A stretch of 64,000 bases of DNA from Pseudomonadota bacterium (GTDB lineage Bacteria > Desulfobacterota > Desulfobacteria > Desulfobacterales > JBDRRP01): positions 69,231-133,230 of the forward strand of contig JBDRRP010000022.1 in the NCBI GenBank assembly GCA_043825735.1, given 5' to 3'. Positions 42,368-52,433 of this stretch are shown here, in pieces. Both the position numbers and the translations under genes were made by a program. Under the pieces are notes generated by a model, which worked only from the letters and a program-made list of their open reading frames with translations, was not told where the DNA came from and did no database searches. The number at the start of each line of letters is the position of its first letter. The first letter of the stretch is position 1.

Positions 42368-44291
42368 TGCGCCGGTCCTCCCGTTCGATGAGGGAGACGA
42401 ACACGTCTTCCATGCTGGGGATGATCCGTTCCACCCGTATATCGGTTTGTTGCAAGCGGCCGAGAGCCTCCCGGATCCGGTCTCCGGCGGCATCGGCATC
42501 GTCCACCGTGACGTGCAGCCCGGCACCGAACAGGGCCGCGTCGCGGACGCCCTCCAGCGCGCTCACCGCATCGATGACATCCTGGGGCCGGTGGCAGCGC
42601 ACATCCAGGATGGCGTCTTCCATGAGCCGTGTCTTGAGCCGGTGCGGGGTGTCCAGTGCGATCACCCGCCCGTGGTAGATCAGCGCCACGCGGTCACAGT
42701 ATTCGGCCTCTTCCATGTAATGGGTGGTGACGAAGACGGTGATGCCGCGGCCGGCCATGTCGTAGATCAGGTCCCAGAACCGTCGCCGGCTCATGGGGTC
42801 CACTCCGCTGGTGGGTTCATCTAAAAATACGATGGGCGGCTCGTGCAGAATGGCGCAGGCCAGCGACAGGCGCTGCTTCCACCCGCCGGCGAGCAGCCGT
42901 GCGAACGTCTTCTCCCGGCCGCCGAGACCGGCCATGTCGATGGCCCATTGCCGGCGCGCTGCCAGTCGCGCCCCGTCCAGCCCATAGATGCCGCCATAAA
43001 AGGAGATGTTTTCCGAGACGGTTAGGTCCTCGTAGAGGGAAAATTTCTGGCTCATGTAGCCGATGCTGGATTTGATCTGCTCGGCCTGGGTGAGGATGTC
43101 GCAGCCGGCGACGCGTCCTGAGCCTTCAGTGGGCGCCAGAAGGCCGCAGAGCATGCGGATGGTCGTGCTTTTTCCGGCGCCGTTGGGGCCCAGAAAACCG
43201 AAGATCTCGCCGTGAGGGACCGTGAAGCTGACCTTGTCCACGGCAGTGAAATCGCCGAACCGGCGTGTGAGCTCCGCCACTTCCACGGCCGTGGCATCTG
43301 CCGGGCAGGTCGACGCCGCGGGGGCGGCCACTGCGAAGTCAGCGCCCGCCGTTGACGTCGCATCACTTCCCAGCGTGCTGACGAACACGTCCTCCAGGCT
43401 GGGGGAAATCTCCCGGATTTCATCTGCGGTGATGTTTTGTGAGCTCAGTACGGCGCCGATCCGGCTGGCCGTGGCATCGGCATCGCGGCAAACCACGTGC
43501 ACGCTGTCGCCGAAGACGTTTGCGCTGACGGCATCGGTCAGCTCCCGGCGCAGGATGCGGCTGATTTTTCTTGCCTGGGGGCTTCTAACCGCCACGATCC
43601 GGTGGTGCATGCCGCGGCGGATTTCGTCAGGCGTGCCCTCGGCCATGAGCCGGCCGTCGCTTAAAAGCCCCACCCGGTTGCAGCGCTCGGCCTCGTCGAG
43701 ATAGGCGGTGGTGACCAGGATGGTGACCCCGTCCTTGAGCAGGCGGTAGAGGATGCGCCAGAAATCCCTTCGGCTCACCGGGTCAACGCCATTGGTGGGC
43801 TCGTCGAGCAACAGCACTTCGGGGGTGTGGATCAGCGCGCACACGAGCTGAAGTTTTTGCTTCATGCCGCCGGACAGGTTGGCGGCCAGGCGCTTTTTGA
43901 ATGGCCGCATGTTTGAAAAGCCGAGCAGATCGTCGATGCGGGCCTCGCGCCCCTTTCGAGGGACTCCGTAGAGGTCGGCGTAAAAGGAGATATTTTCCGC
44001 CACCGAAAGATCGGGGTAAAGGCCGAAGCGCTGGCTCATGTAGGCGATGTGCTCCTTGGCCGCGGTGGCCTCCTCGGGCAGGCGGCAACCGAACACCCGG
44101 GCGCTGCCGCCGGTGGGGTCCAGGATGCCGGCCAGCATTCGCAGCGTGGTGGTCTTGCCGGCGCCGTCAGGTCCGACGAGTCCGTAGATCTCGCCTTTGG
44201 CCACCGACAGATTCAATGCGTCGACGGCCGCGAGGTCGCCGAATCGCCGCGAAAGACCTTCGGTATGAATAACGGCGTCGGTGGGTGTCAT
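42363..44291 (-). CDS. ABC transporter ATP-binding protein with two fused ATPase domains (YbhF-like)
   Basis: Walker A GPDGAGKTT and GPNGAGKST. Signatures LSGGMKQKL and LAGGWKQRL. Walker B LLLDEPT and VFLDEPT. Confidence 0.9.
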   Translation of the reverse strand: MTPTDAVIHTEGLSRRFGDLAAVDALNLSVAKGEIYGLVGPDGAGKTTTLRMLAGILDPTGGSARVFGCRLPEEATAAKEHIAYMSQRFGLYPDLSVAENISFYADLYGVPRKGREARIDDLLGFSNMRPFKKRLAANLSGGMKQKLQLVCALIHTPEVLLLDEPTNGVDPVSRRDFWRILYRLLKDGVTILVTTAYLDEAERCNRVGLLSDGRLMAEGTPDEIRRGMHHRIVAVRSPQARKISRILRRELTDAVSANVFGDSVHVVCRDADATASRIGAVLSSQNITADEIREISPSLEDVFVSTLGSDATSTAGADFAVAAPAASTCPADATAVEVAELTRRFGDFTAVDKVSFTVPHGEIFGFLGPNGAGKSTTIRMLCGLLAPTEGSGRVAGCDILTQAEQIKSSIGYMSQKFSLYEDLTVSENISFYGGIYGLDGARLAARRQWAIDMAGLGGREKTFARLLAGGWKQRLSLACAILHEPPIVFLDEPTSGVDPMSRRRFWDLIYDMAGRGITVFVTTHYMEEAEYCDRVALIYHGRVIALDTPHRLKTRLMEDAILDVRCHRPQDVIDAVSALEGVRDAALFGAGLHVTVDDADAAGDRIREALGRLQQTDIRVERIIPSMEDVFVSLIEREDRRT

Positions 44292-45475
44292 TTCTCGATC
44301 CGGATCACCGCGTCGGCTGGCATTCCCGGTTTCAATCGGCCGCCGGTGTTGTCCAGGGTGATTTTCACGCGGTACATGAGATTCACCCGCTCCTCGAAGG
44401 TCTGGACCGATTTAGGGGTGAATTCCGCCTGGCTGCTGATAAATGTGAGCCGGCCGGTGACGGGTTTGTCCGGGGCACCGTCGGTGGTGACCTCCGCGCT
44501 CTGGCCGAGACGGATGCGGCCCAGGTCAGTCTCGCTCACGAAGGCCCGGAGCCACACCTGGTCAATCTGGGCAACGGTCACTACCGGCGCTCCCGGATTC
44601 AGGTAGGCGCCCGGTTCAGCCGACTTGCTGAGGACTACCCCGTCAAAGGGGGCGGTGATGGCGGTGTCGGCCAGTTGCTGCCGAAACAGGTTGAGCGCCT
44701 CCTCGGCGGCTGTGGCACGTGCGCCAGCCTGGGCGATGGTTTCCTGCCGGGGGCCGGCGGTCACCAGCGCGAGCTCGGCCTCGGCCTGGGCCAGGGCGGC
44801 TCGGGCCTGCCGGATCTGCTCGCTGCGCGGTCCTTCCTTGACCAGACTCAACCGCTGGCTGGCGATCCGGACCTGGGCCGCGGCCTCTTCGCTGGAATTG
44901 TTTGCCGTCTCATGCTGCGTTCGGTAGGCGTCGTAGGACTGGCGGCTGATCCCGCCGTCCCTGAATACAGCGCCGTAGCGCGCGAGGTCCGCTGCGGCAA
45001 GCGCGCGCTGGCTCTCTGATGCCTGTTGGGCGGCCTTGGCCTGGGATAGCCCGGCTTCGGCTTCTGCGATCTGCTGTACACGGCTGCCGGTTTCCAGCTC
45101 CTTCAGTGCATAGCGCATCTGCTGCACCCGGGCGGCGGCCCGGGCGATTTCTTCCGGACGGCTACCGGCCTCGAGCTCGGCGAGCACACTGCGGGCATAG
45201 TCCCGGTCAGCTTCGGCCTTTCGCACCTGAAGCGTTTGATCCGTCGGATCGAGCCGGGCGACGAGATCCCCCCGATGGATGCGGTCGCCCTCGTCCACGC
45301 GGCGCTCGGCCAGCCGGCCGGGGATCTTGAAGGCCATGTCCACCTGGGTGACTTCGATGTTGCCGGAAATCCGGACATCTTTCCCGTTGCCGCCGTTGCG
45401 GAAAAACAGGTTCCAGATCAGCAGTGCGCTGACCACAATGAGCACCGGTATGGCGATGCGAAGTCGTTTTTTCAT
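44288..45475 (-). CDS. HlyD-family periplasmic adaptor (YbhG-like)
   Basis: The N-terminal anchor is MKKRLRIAIPVLIVVSALLIW. A long coiled coil follows, and the barrel sandwich contains ITAPFDGVVLSK. The stop overlaps the ATPase start by 4 nt. Confidence 0.85.
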   Translation of the reverse strand: MKKRLRIAIPVLIVVSALLIWNLFFRNGGNGKDVRISGNIEVTQVDMAFKIPGRLAERRVDEGDRIHRGDLVARLDPTDQTLQVRKAEADRDYARSVLAELEAGSRPEEIARAAARVQQMRYALKELETGSRVQQIAEAEAGLSQAKAAQQASESQRALAAADLARYGAVFRDGGISRQSYDAYRTQHETANNSSEEAAAQVRIASQRLSLVKEGPRSEQIRQARAALAQAEAELALVTAGPRQETIAQAGARATAAEEALNLFRQQLADTAITAPFDGVVLSKSAEPGAYLNPGAPVVTVAQIDQVWLRAFVSETDLGRIRLGQSAEVTTDGAPDKPVTGRLTFISSQAEFTPKSVQTFEERVNLMYRVKITLDNTGGRLKPGMPADAVIRIEK

Positions 45476-45505
45476 ATGATGTCTCCCATGACCGAGAATA
45501 ATGGG

Positions 45506-46183
45506 TTATTTGTCGGATTGCTCGAGCTGCTGTCGGATGCCGGCGACGGCGGCCAGTGAAAACCGTGTCACATGCTCAGCCAGTTCATCGATGAGCGCTT
45601 CTTCGGTGAGATCCAGGCCGGTGAGACGGGTGATCACCGGGCGGGCCATGGCATAATGGAAGCACTGCCCGATGACGCTGAGCTGGCATTTTAATACGTC
45701 CCGTTCCGAAGCGGACGGTCCCAGCATCGTCGACACGATCCCGCCCAGAACAGCGGCCGTGGGGCGGATGAAATCATCCACCAGCTGGTTCAGGACCGGA
45801 GACGGATCGGCCAGCTCCCGGGCCACGAGCTGGCCTTTGCCGGAATCCCCGGACAGACCGCCGGGGGCGAGCAGGCGCTGGAGGGTGGCGAGGACAAAGG
45901 TTCTGAGCCGTTTTTCGGGCGGATCCGCCGCATCGCTTTCGATGGCCACCGGAAAGCGTGAGAACGCTCTGCCTACCAGATCACAGGCCACGGCCCTGTA
46001 AAGCCCTTCCTTTCCCTGGAAGTGATAGTTTACGGCTGCCAGGTTGACCCCGGCCCGGTCGCAGATCTCCCGCACCGTGGCGGTGGCATACCCCAGGCGG
46101 CCAAACACCTCGACGGCGGCTTCCAGAATCCTCTCCCGTGTCGTACCGGGTTTTTCCTGTATCATCGTCATACGGGCTCTCAT
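45506..46183 (-). CDS. TetR/AcrR-family regulator (YbiH/CecR-like, CerR-type C-terminal domain)
   Basis: HTH TRERILEAAVEVFGRLGYATATVREICDRAGVNLAAVNYHF. It heads the adaptor-ATPase-permease-permease operon, as in E. coli ybiH-ybhGFSR. Confidence 0.8.
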   Translation of the reverse strand: MRARMTMIQEKPGTTRERILEAAVEVFGRLGYATATVREICDRAGVNLAAVNYHFQGKEGLYRAVACDLVGRAFSRFPVAIESDAADPPEKRLRTFVLATLQRLLAPGGLSGDSGKGQLVARELADPSPVLNQLVDDFIRPTAAVLGGIVSTMLGPSASERDVLKCQLSVIGQCFHYAMARPVITRLTGLDLTEEALIDELAEHVTRFSLAAVAGIRQQLEQSDK

Positions 46184-46497
46184 CTAAACGTTAGTTTTAT
46201 ACAAACGTTTAAAACAAGCGTTTCATTCTGTCAAGAAATTTTTCCTCCCGCGATCTTGGAGGCGATGAAACCCCGACTGCGCGTTGCGGCCGGGTGATCA
46301 CGGCAATTGTTCTATGACAATACGTGGCAGGACGCCCGGCAGTGGCTGCAGGAAGCCGGATCACCGGCGGAAGGCGGGAATCGAAGCGCTTGATGAATTC
46401 ATGGATCTGAATCTTGAGGCGGGCGCGCAGGCTGTGGATGGCCCGCGTGAGCATGGGGCTGCGGTCGCTGCGGCCCACGACCTGGGCGCCGTGATGC

Positions 46498-47676
46498 CTA
46501 ATCAGGCCTTCGGCCGTGTTCCTCGGTGCAGACCATGGCCGGCGCGCCGGTGCGATGGGTCTGGAGCAGGGCTCCCACCGCGGAGCATTCGAGCCCGAAG
46601 GGTAGGTAGCCGGCCCAGCCGGGCAGGGGCATTTCGAAAATGTGGGCGGCCTGGACGTAGGGGATGGTGTAGATCCATTTGGCCAGGCTCAAAAAGTTCC
46701 ACATTTCCCAGAAAACGCCGCAAAGCAGCGCCGCTGCCGCTGCTGCCACCACGGGCCGCCATTCGCCACCGGCAATGGGGGTGAGCGGATGGGGTTTCCC
46801 TGCAAGCTGGCGGATTGAAATGAGTAGGATGAGGGGCGAGATCCAGAGCAGGGGAAAGAGCAGGTCGGGCCAGATGCCGATGCCGGCAAGACTTGCTGCT
46901 GCCAGCGCCAGGCCGGCGGCGGCCCACGCTTTCGGGCGGCGCGGGGTCCACGCGGGCACGCCGGTGAATCTTCCGCTCAGCCAGTGGGTGCTCATGAGCC
47001 AGTCCCGGGTGCTCAGGACCGCCGGCAGGACCGTTGAAAAGCTCAAGGAGGCAAGGGTGAAATAAGCGAGCGGGCCGTATTCGGCGCCGGTGTAGTACCA
47101 GTTCTGGACGAACCGGTTGAGGTATTCAAACAGCCACCAGAAGGCTGCGCTGAAGGGGAACAGGCACAAAAAATATCCGGTATCGCGGGTCATCATGCAC
47201 CCGCCGGTGCGGCGGGTGGTGAGGGCGTTGACCACGATGATATATGACAGCCACAGGGGAAAGAAGGTGTGGGCCTGCAAGGGGGCGAACCAGGCAAACC
47301 GGTTCCAGGCCAGTACCCAGAAGATCGCAGCGCCGGCCGCCCCCAGCCAGCCCCACCAGGGAAAGGGTCCGGCGGCCGGCGCCGGCAGCGCGCCGCGGCC
47401 CCGTGAGCGGATGCCCAGTAGCGCCAGGGCGGTCATGACGCCGAAGCCGAAAAGAATATAGCCCATGAATATCGGCACGGAAAACGCGGCATGAACCACG
47501 TACCGGGTCGTGGGGGGAAACTCCAGATAGCGACCGGCCGGATGACCGGAAAGGACGGCGCCGGCCAGGGGCAGGAGGATCACGGCGGCGGTGATGACTG
47601 CGAGCAGCAACAGGTCGGCCGGCAGGGTTTCCTTTTCCGGCGCTGGTGCCGGGGCGTGGAAAGGTTGCTGCATCAT
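46498..47676 (-). CDS. Polytopic integral membrane protein of unknown function
   Basis: The likely start is MMQQPFHAPAP at 47676. About 10 hydrophobic helices, Trp/Phe-rich. No family recognised. Confidence 0.55.
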   Translation of the reverse strand: MMQQPFHAPAPAPEKETLPADLLLLAVITAAVILLPLAGAVLSGHPAGRYLEFPPTTRYVVHAAFSVPIFMGYILFGFGVMTALALLGIRSRGRGALPAPAAGPFPWWGWLGAAGAAIFWVLAWNRFAWFAPLQAHTFFPLWLSYIIVVNALTTRRTGGCMMTRDTGYFLCLFPFSAAFWWLFEYLNRFVQNWYYTGAEYGPLAYFTLASLSFSTVLPAVLSTRDWLMSTHWLSGRFTGVPAWTPRRPKAWAAAGLALAAASLAGIGIWPDLLFPLLWISPLILLISIRQLAGKPHPLTPIAGGEWRPVVAAAAAALLCGVFWEMWNFLSLAKWIYTIPYVQAAHIFEMPLPGWAGYLPFGLECSAVGALLQTHRTGAPAMVCTEEHGRRPD

Positions 47677-47779
47677 GGAAAGCCTAAAAAAGTCGAACCG
47701 GCTTATACATAGTTCCCAAGTGGCCCTGTTGGCTGCGTTGGATATGAACCACGGAACACACGAAAATAAGTCGAGCCCT

Positions 47780-47893
47780 TCCGTGTTTTCAGGCATCTCT
47801 GGACCCCGGCCTTCCGCCTTCGCTCTGCGAGCTACGGCGGACAGGTCGCCGGGGTGACGGCTTTTTAAACTTTTTACGGATTCATCAATATTG
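47780..47893. repeat. Partial modular repeat (CTGGACCCCGGCC-type) with the conserved right terminus
   Basis: CTGGACCCCGGCCTTCCGCC...GTCGCCGGGGTGACGGCTTTTTAAACTTTTTACGGATTCATCAATATT. Compare 11459-11591. Confidence 0.75.
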
Positions 47894-47908
47894 CGCGCAG
47901 CGCGGAGA

Positions 47909-50638
47909 TCATTTTTTGTCTTTCAACGCCGCATGCGCGGCCGCCAGCCGGGCGACGGGCACCCGGTATGGGGAGCACGACACGTAATCGAGCCCCAGCT
48001 CGTGGCAGATCGCGATGGATTTGGGATCGCCGCCGTGTTCGCCGCAGATGCCGAACGACATGTCCGGGCGGATCGATTTGCCTAGGGCGACGGCGGTTTT
48101 CATCAACTGCCCCACGCCGTCACGGTCCAGATGGGTAAAGGGGTTGCACGGCAAAATCCCGTTTTCGATGTACTCGATGAGAAAACCGGCCTCGGCATCG
48201 TCTCTGGATATGCCGAAGGTGGTCTGGGTCAGATCGTTGGTGCCGAAGGAGAAAAACTCGGCATAAGCGGCGATCTGGTCGGCCGTGAGGGCGGCCCGCG
48301 GCAGCTCGATCATGGTGCCGAATTTGTACTCGATTTCGGTCTTTTGTTCTTCCATTACCTGGCGGGCCTCGGCTTCGAGCACTTCGCGTTGACGCTTGAG
48401 CTCGTTGGCGTGGGCGGTCAGCGGGATCATCACCTCCGGTTTCACCGTGATGCCTTCGCGGGTCACCAGGCAGGCCGCTTCGAAAATGGCCCGCACCTGC
48501 ATCATGGTGAGCTCGGGGATGTGGATGCCCAGGCGCACGCCCCGCAGACCCAGCATGGGGTTTTGCTCCCGTAGGCTCTCAACGCGTTTGCGGATGGATT
48601 CCTTGACCCGTATCTGCCCGAGCAGATCGTCGATCTGGGCCAGGGTGACGGCGTGTTTGATCCGCAGCTTGAGATCGGAGAGCTCTTCCATGAGGGTCAC
48701 GAGATCGGGAAGGAACTCGTGCAGCGGCGGATCGATGAGCCGGATGATGACGGAGCGCCCGTCCATGACCCGAAACAGGCCGGCGAAGTCTTCGCGCTGG
48801 AAGGGCAGCAGGGCGTTGAGGGCTTCGCGACGGTCTACGTTCAGGTCGGCCATGATCATTTTCTGGAAGAGCGGCAGCCGCTCGGTCTGGAAAAACATGT
48901 GCTCGCTGCGGCACAGACCGATGCCCTCGGCGCCGTATTCGAGGGCGCGCCTGGCGTCATCCGGGTAGTCGGCATTGGCCCACACCCCCAGGGTGCGGAT
49001 CTCGTCGGCCCAGCCCAGCAGTTTGATCAGCCACGGGTCGCGGATGTCGGGCACCTTGGTTTCCAGCTTGCCGAGGAAGACTTCACCCGTGTTGCCGTCG
49101 ATGGACAGCCAGTCTCCTTCGTGAATGAGGATATCTTTGACGCTCATATAGCGCTTGACCATGTTGATCTGCAGGGCGCTCACCCCTACCACCGCGGGCT
49201 TTCCGAACTGGCGGGCCACCAGGGCCGCGTGGCTCGTGCGGCCGCCGCGGCTGGTGAGGATGCCCCTGGCGGCCAGCATGCCGTGCACGTCGTCGGGCTT
49301 GGTTTCCGGGCGCACCATGATGACCTGCTTGCCTTCTTTTTTGCCCCAGGTTTCGGCCAGGTCGGCATCGAAGGCGACAATGCCAAAAGCAGCCCCGGGA
49401 GAGACATTGAGCCCTCTGGCCAGCAGTTTGCCGCTATGGTGCGCCGCCTTGACGGCATCATGGTCAAACTGGGGGTGCAAAAAGAAGTCTACCTGATTCG
49501 GGGTGATCCGGGAGACGGCCGTTTCTTTGGTGATCAGTCCGGTTTCGGCCATTTCCACGGCGATGCGGACAGCGGCCTGGGCCGTTCGCTTGCCGTCGCG
49601 GGTCTGGAGCATCCATAGCTTGCTCTTTTCCACGGTGAACTCGATGTCCTGCATATCGCGGTAGTGATGCTCGAGTTTTGCGGCGATTTCAGTCAGTTCG
49701 GCGAAGGCGGCGGGCATCTCTTTGGCCATCTCATGGATGTCCTTGGTCTGCCGGATGCCGGCCACCACGTCTTCGCCCTGGGCGTTGGTGAGATAGTCAC
49801 CTTCCATGACGGGCTCACCGGTGGAGCCGTTTCGGGTCATGGCCACACCGGTGGCGCAGTCATCGCCCATGTTGCCAAAGACCATGGCGACGATATTCAC
49901 CGCGGTGCCCAGATCGTGGGCGATTCCGGCGGCGTTTCGGTAGTCCACGGCGCGCTTTCCGTTCCATGACTTGAAAACGGCTTCGGTGGCCATCTTGAGC
50001 TGCTCGTAGGGATCTGCGGGGAAATCGTGGTGGGAGTGCCGACGGAAAATGGTTTTGAACAGCCCAATGACGTGACTCCAGTGCTCGGCGGTGAGCTCGG
50101 CGTCGGTTTCCACGCCGGCTTCCCGCCGGGTCTCCGTGATGACGTCTTCGAAGGGCTCGTCGGGGATGCCCATGACCACGCAACCGAACATTTGGATCAG
50201 CCGGCGGTAGGCATCGTAGACGAAGCGGGAGTCTTCGGTGAGCGAGATCATGCCTTCCACGGTGTCGTCGTTAAGGCCGATGTTGAGCACCGTGTCCATC
50301 ATGCCGGGCATGGAATACTTGGCGCCGGAACGGCAGGAGACCAGCAGGGGATTGGCCGGGTTGCCGAAGGACTTGCCGGTCTGGGTCTCCACCACGGTCA
50401 TGGCCGTCAGTACCTGCGCCCACATGTCGTCGGGAAAGACGCCGCCAGCTTTCAGGTAGCCGTTGCAGGCTTCCGTGGTCACGGTAAATCCCGGTGGCAC
50501 CGGCAGGCCGATCCGGACCATCTCGGCCAGGTTGGCCCCCTTGCCGCCAAACAGGCCCCGCACCGCGTCCCAAGACCCGCCCACGTAGCGTTCCGCTGCT
50601 TCCACTTCTTCAAACCGATACACCCACTGCGTCGTCAT
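47909..50638 (-). CDS. ppdK: Pyruvate, phosphate dikinase
   Basis: 909 aa. MTTQWVYRFEEV...GGKGANLAEMVRIGLPVPPGFTVTTEAC. The phospho-His region is GGRTSHAALVARQFGKP. The C-terminal PEP-utilising TIM barrel contains FFSFGTNDLTQ...CGEHGGDP. Confidence 0.95.
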   Translation of the reverse strand: MTTQWVYRFEEVEAAERYVGGSWDAVRGLFGGKGANLAEMVRIGLPVPPGFTVTTEACNGYLKAGGVFPDDMWAQVLTAMTVVETQTGKSFGNPANPLLVSCRSGAKYSMPGMMDTVLNIGLNDDTVEGMISLTEDSRFVYDAYRRLIQMFGCVVMGIPDEPFEDVITETRREAGVETDAELTAEHWSHVIGLFKTIFRRHSHHDFPADPYEQLKMATEAVFKSWNGKRAVDYRNAAGIAHDLGTAVNIVAMVFGNMGDDCATGVAMTRNGSTGEPVMEGDYLTNAQGEDVVAGIRQTKDIHEMAKEMPAAFAELTEIAAKLEHHYRDMQDIEFTVEKSKLWMLQTRDGKRTAQAAVRIAVEMAETGLITKETAVSRITPNQVDFFLHPQFDHDAVKAAHHSGKLLARGLNVSPGAAFGIVAFDADLAETWGKKEGKQVIMVRPETKPDDVHGMLAARGILTSRGGRTSHAALVARQFGKPAVVGVSALQINMVKRYMSVKDILIHEGDWLSIDGNTGEVFLGKLETKVPDIRDPWLIKLLGWADEIRTLGVWANADYPDDARRALEYGAEGIGLCRSEHMFFQTERLPLFQKMIMADLNVDRREALNALLPFQREDFAGLFRVMDGRSVIIRLIDPPLHEFLPDLVTLMEELSDLKLRIKHAVTLAQIDDLLGQIRVKESIRKRVESLREQNPMLGLRGVRLGIHIPELTMMQVRAIFEAACLVTREGITVKPEVMIPLTAHANELKRQREVLEAEARQVMEEQKTEIEYKFGTMIELPRAALTADQIAAYAEFFSFGTNDLTQTTFGISRDDAEAGFLIEYIENGILPCNPFTHLDRDGVGQLMKTAVALGKSIRPDMSFGICGEHGGDPKSIAICHELGLDYVSCSPYRVPVARLAAAHAALKDKK

Positions 50639-51042
50639 GGTCTGTCACTCCGTGAAATGGGGTTGCTGCCAAATGGGTAGAAATGAAAAATAATAAAAAT
50701 AGCACAGGGATCGCCGGGCATTTAAAATGCCGTCTGACAAGGTGAGCACTTCTGGGCACGATCGGGATTATTCCGTATGTGCAAGCGAGGAGGGTGCGAT
50801 GCTGACGGGAAACCCCTGATAAGACGGTAATTATAAAGAAACCGGTCTTGCATGTCAATTGACCGGGTGATCTTGAAACGCCAGGAGATGTCGAGTCTGG
50901 GCAAAAAACGGGTTTAGAAAAACAATCAACGATATTGGCGTGTTAAGAGGATAATACGGAACTAACTATATATAGTGGCGGCAATGGTTGACAAAACAAG
51001 ATGTTGGCGTATTCTATCAGAACAACACATAACGGAGGCATC

Positions 51043-51300
51043 ATGAACACAATTACCCCCCTGCTCAACAGCCGCCTGAAGTCCATCGGCCTTGACGGCA
51101 ACAGCCGTGTGGGGTTTCTCCGCAGCCTGTCCCAGGAACTCACGCTCAGGCCTGAAGCACAGCTTGCGGCGGTCAATCGCCAGCTTCAGTATCTGGGTTG
51201 GCAGGATGTGGAACTGGACTACCATACCCTGCAGTTGGCGGTGGCCCATTTCGAAGTCGAGAACGGCTGCCGGGGCGATACGGTGCCGTGCACGTGGTAG
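51043..51300 (+). CDS. Small hypothetical protein (85 aa)
   Basis: A GGAGG RBS precedes ATG 51043. A sigma70-like TTGACA (50988-50993) and TATTCT (about 51010-51015) lie upstream. No family recognised. Confidence 0.4.
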   Translation: MNTITPLLNSRLKSIGLDGNSRVGFLRSLSQELTLRPEAQLAAVNRQLQYLGWQDVELDYHTLQLAVAHFEVENGCRGDTVPCTW

Positions 51301-51475
51301 TCCGGCGCTTTCACACTGGCAATGCGTGCAAAGCGGGCGGGGATGAGCCCCGCCCCGACGTTTCATAAGGCATACCGCCCCACCCGGTTTTACCGTTCGG
51401 CTTCATTGTTGACTCCCCCAGCCCTTCCCGATATCTTCGGCCCCTGTTTGGCGCACAATCCGCCAATGGAGGCCC

Positions 51476-52417
51476 ATGACAACCGGTACCTTAAAATCCA
51501 ATGCCTTGCTGCTGATCACCGCTGCCATCTGGGGGTTTGCCTTTGTGGCTCAGCGGGTGGGCATGGAATTTGTGGGGCCTTACACCTTCAACGGCGTGCG
51601 TTTTGCCCTGGGGAGCCTGTCCCTGCTGCCGCTGTTGATCATGACCGCCAACGGGAAACCCGATGGACCGGCCACCGCCGGACCCGTCCCCAGCGTTCGT
51701 CTGACGATTCTGGGAGGCACAGCAGCCGGCGTGGCGCTGTTCTTGGGTGCTTCCTTCCAGCAGGTGGGGCTGGTCCATACCACGGCTGGAAATGCCGGTT
51801 TCATTACCGGTCTTTACGTGGTCATAGTGCCCATTTTAGGTCTTATCTGGCGTCAGCGGCCGGACGCAGGCACCTGGGCCGGCGCCATCCTGGCGGCTGT
51901 GGGGCTTTATTTTCTCAGCGTCACCGCATCTTTCACCATCGCCTACGGTGATGTGCTGGAGCTCATCGGTGCTTTTTTTTGGGCGGGGCACGTGCACATC
52001 ATCGGTTGGCTGTCGCGCCGGATCCATCCACTGCGCATCGCCTTCATCCAGTTTGCCACCTGCTCGGTGCTGAGCCTTGCGACCGCCGTTTTCCTGGAAA
52101 CCATTACCTGGGCGGGCATCCAGGCGGCGCTGATCCCCATTCTCTACGGCGGCCTGATGTCCGTAGGGATCGCCTATACCCTCCAGGTGGTCGCTCAGAA
52201 GGATGCCCACCCGGCCCATGCTGCCATTATTTTGAGCCTGGAGGCTGTATTTGCGGCCATCGGCGGATGGCTTCTCCTGGGCGAAGTGCTTTCCGCCCGC
52301 GGTATCACCGGCTGCGGTCTCATGCTGGTCGGCATGCTGCTATCTCAAATGGGACCGATGCTGTTGCGCAAAAAACAGGCGACATCCGGTGCGGCCTCGG
52401 TTGCCCGACCGTCCTGA
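51476..52417 (+). CDS. DMT-superfamily (EamA-like) transporter
   Basis: 313 aa with ten TMs in two EamA halves (LLLITAAIWGFAFVAQRVG..., and SLEAVFAAIGGWLLLGE). Confidence 0.8.
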   Translation: MTTGTLKSNALLLITAAIWGFAFVAQRVGMEFVGPYTFNGVRFALGSLSLLPLLIMTANGKPDGPATAGPVPSVRLTILGGTAAGVALFLGASFQQVGLVHTTAGNAGFITGLYVVIVPILGLIWRQRPDAGTWAGAILAAVGLYFLSVTASFTIAYGDVLELIGAFFWAGHVHIIGWLSRRIHPLRIAFIQFATCSVLSLATAVFLETITWAGIQAALIPILYGGLMSVGIAYTLQVVAQKDAHPAHAAIILSLEAVFAAIGGWLLLGEVLSARGITGCGLMLVGMLLSQMGPMLLRKKQATSGAASVARPS

Positions 52418-52433
52418 TGTGATCCACCGATAC

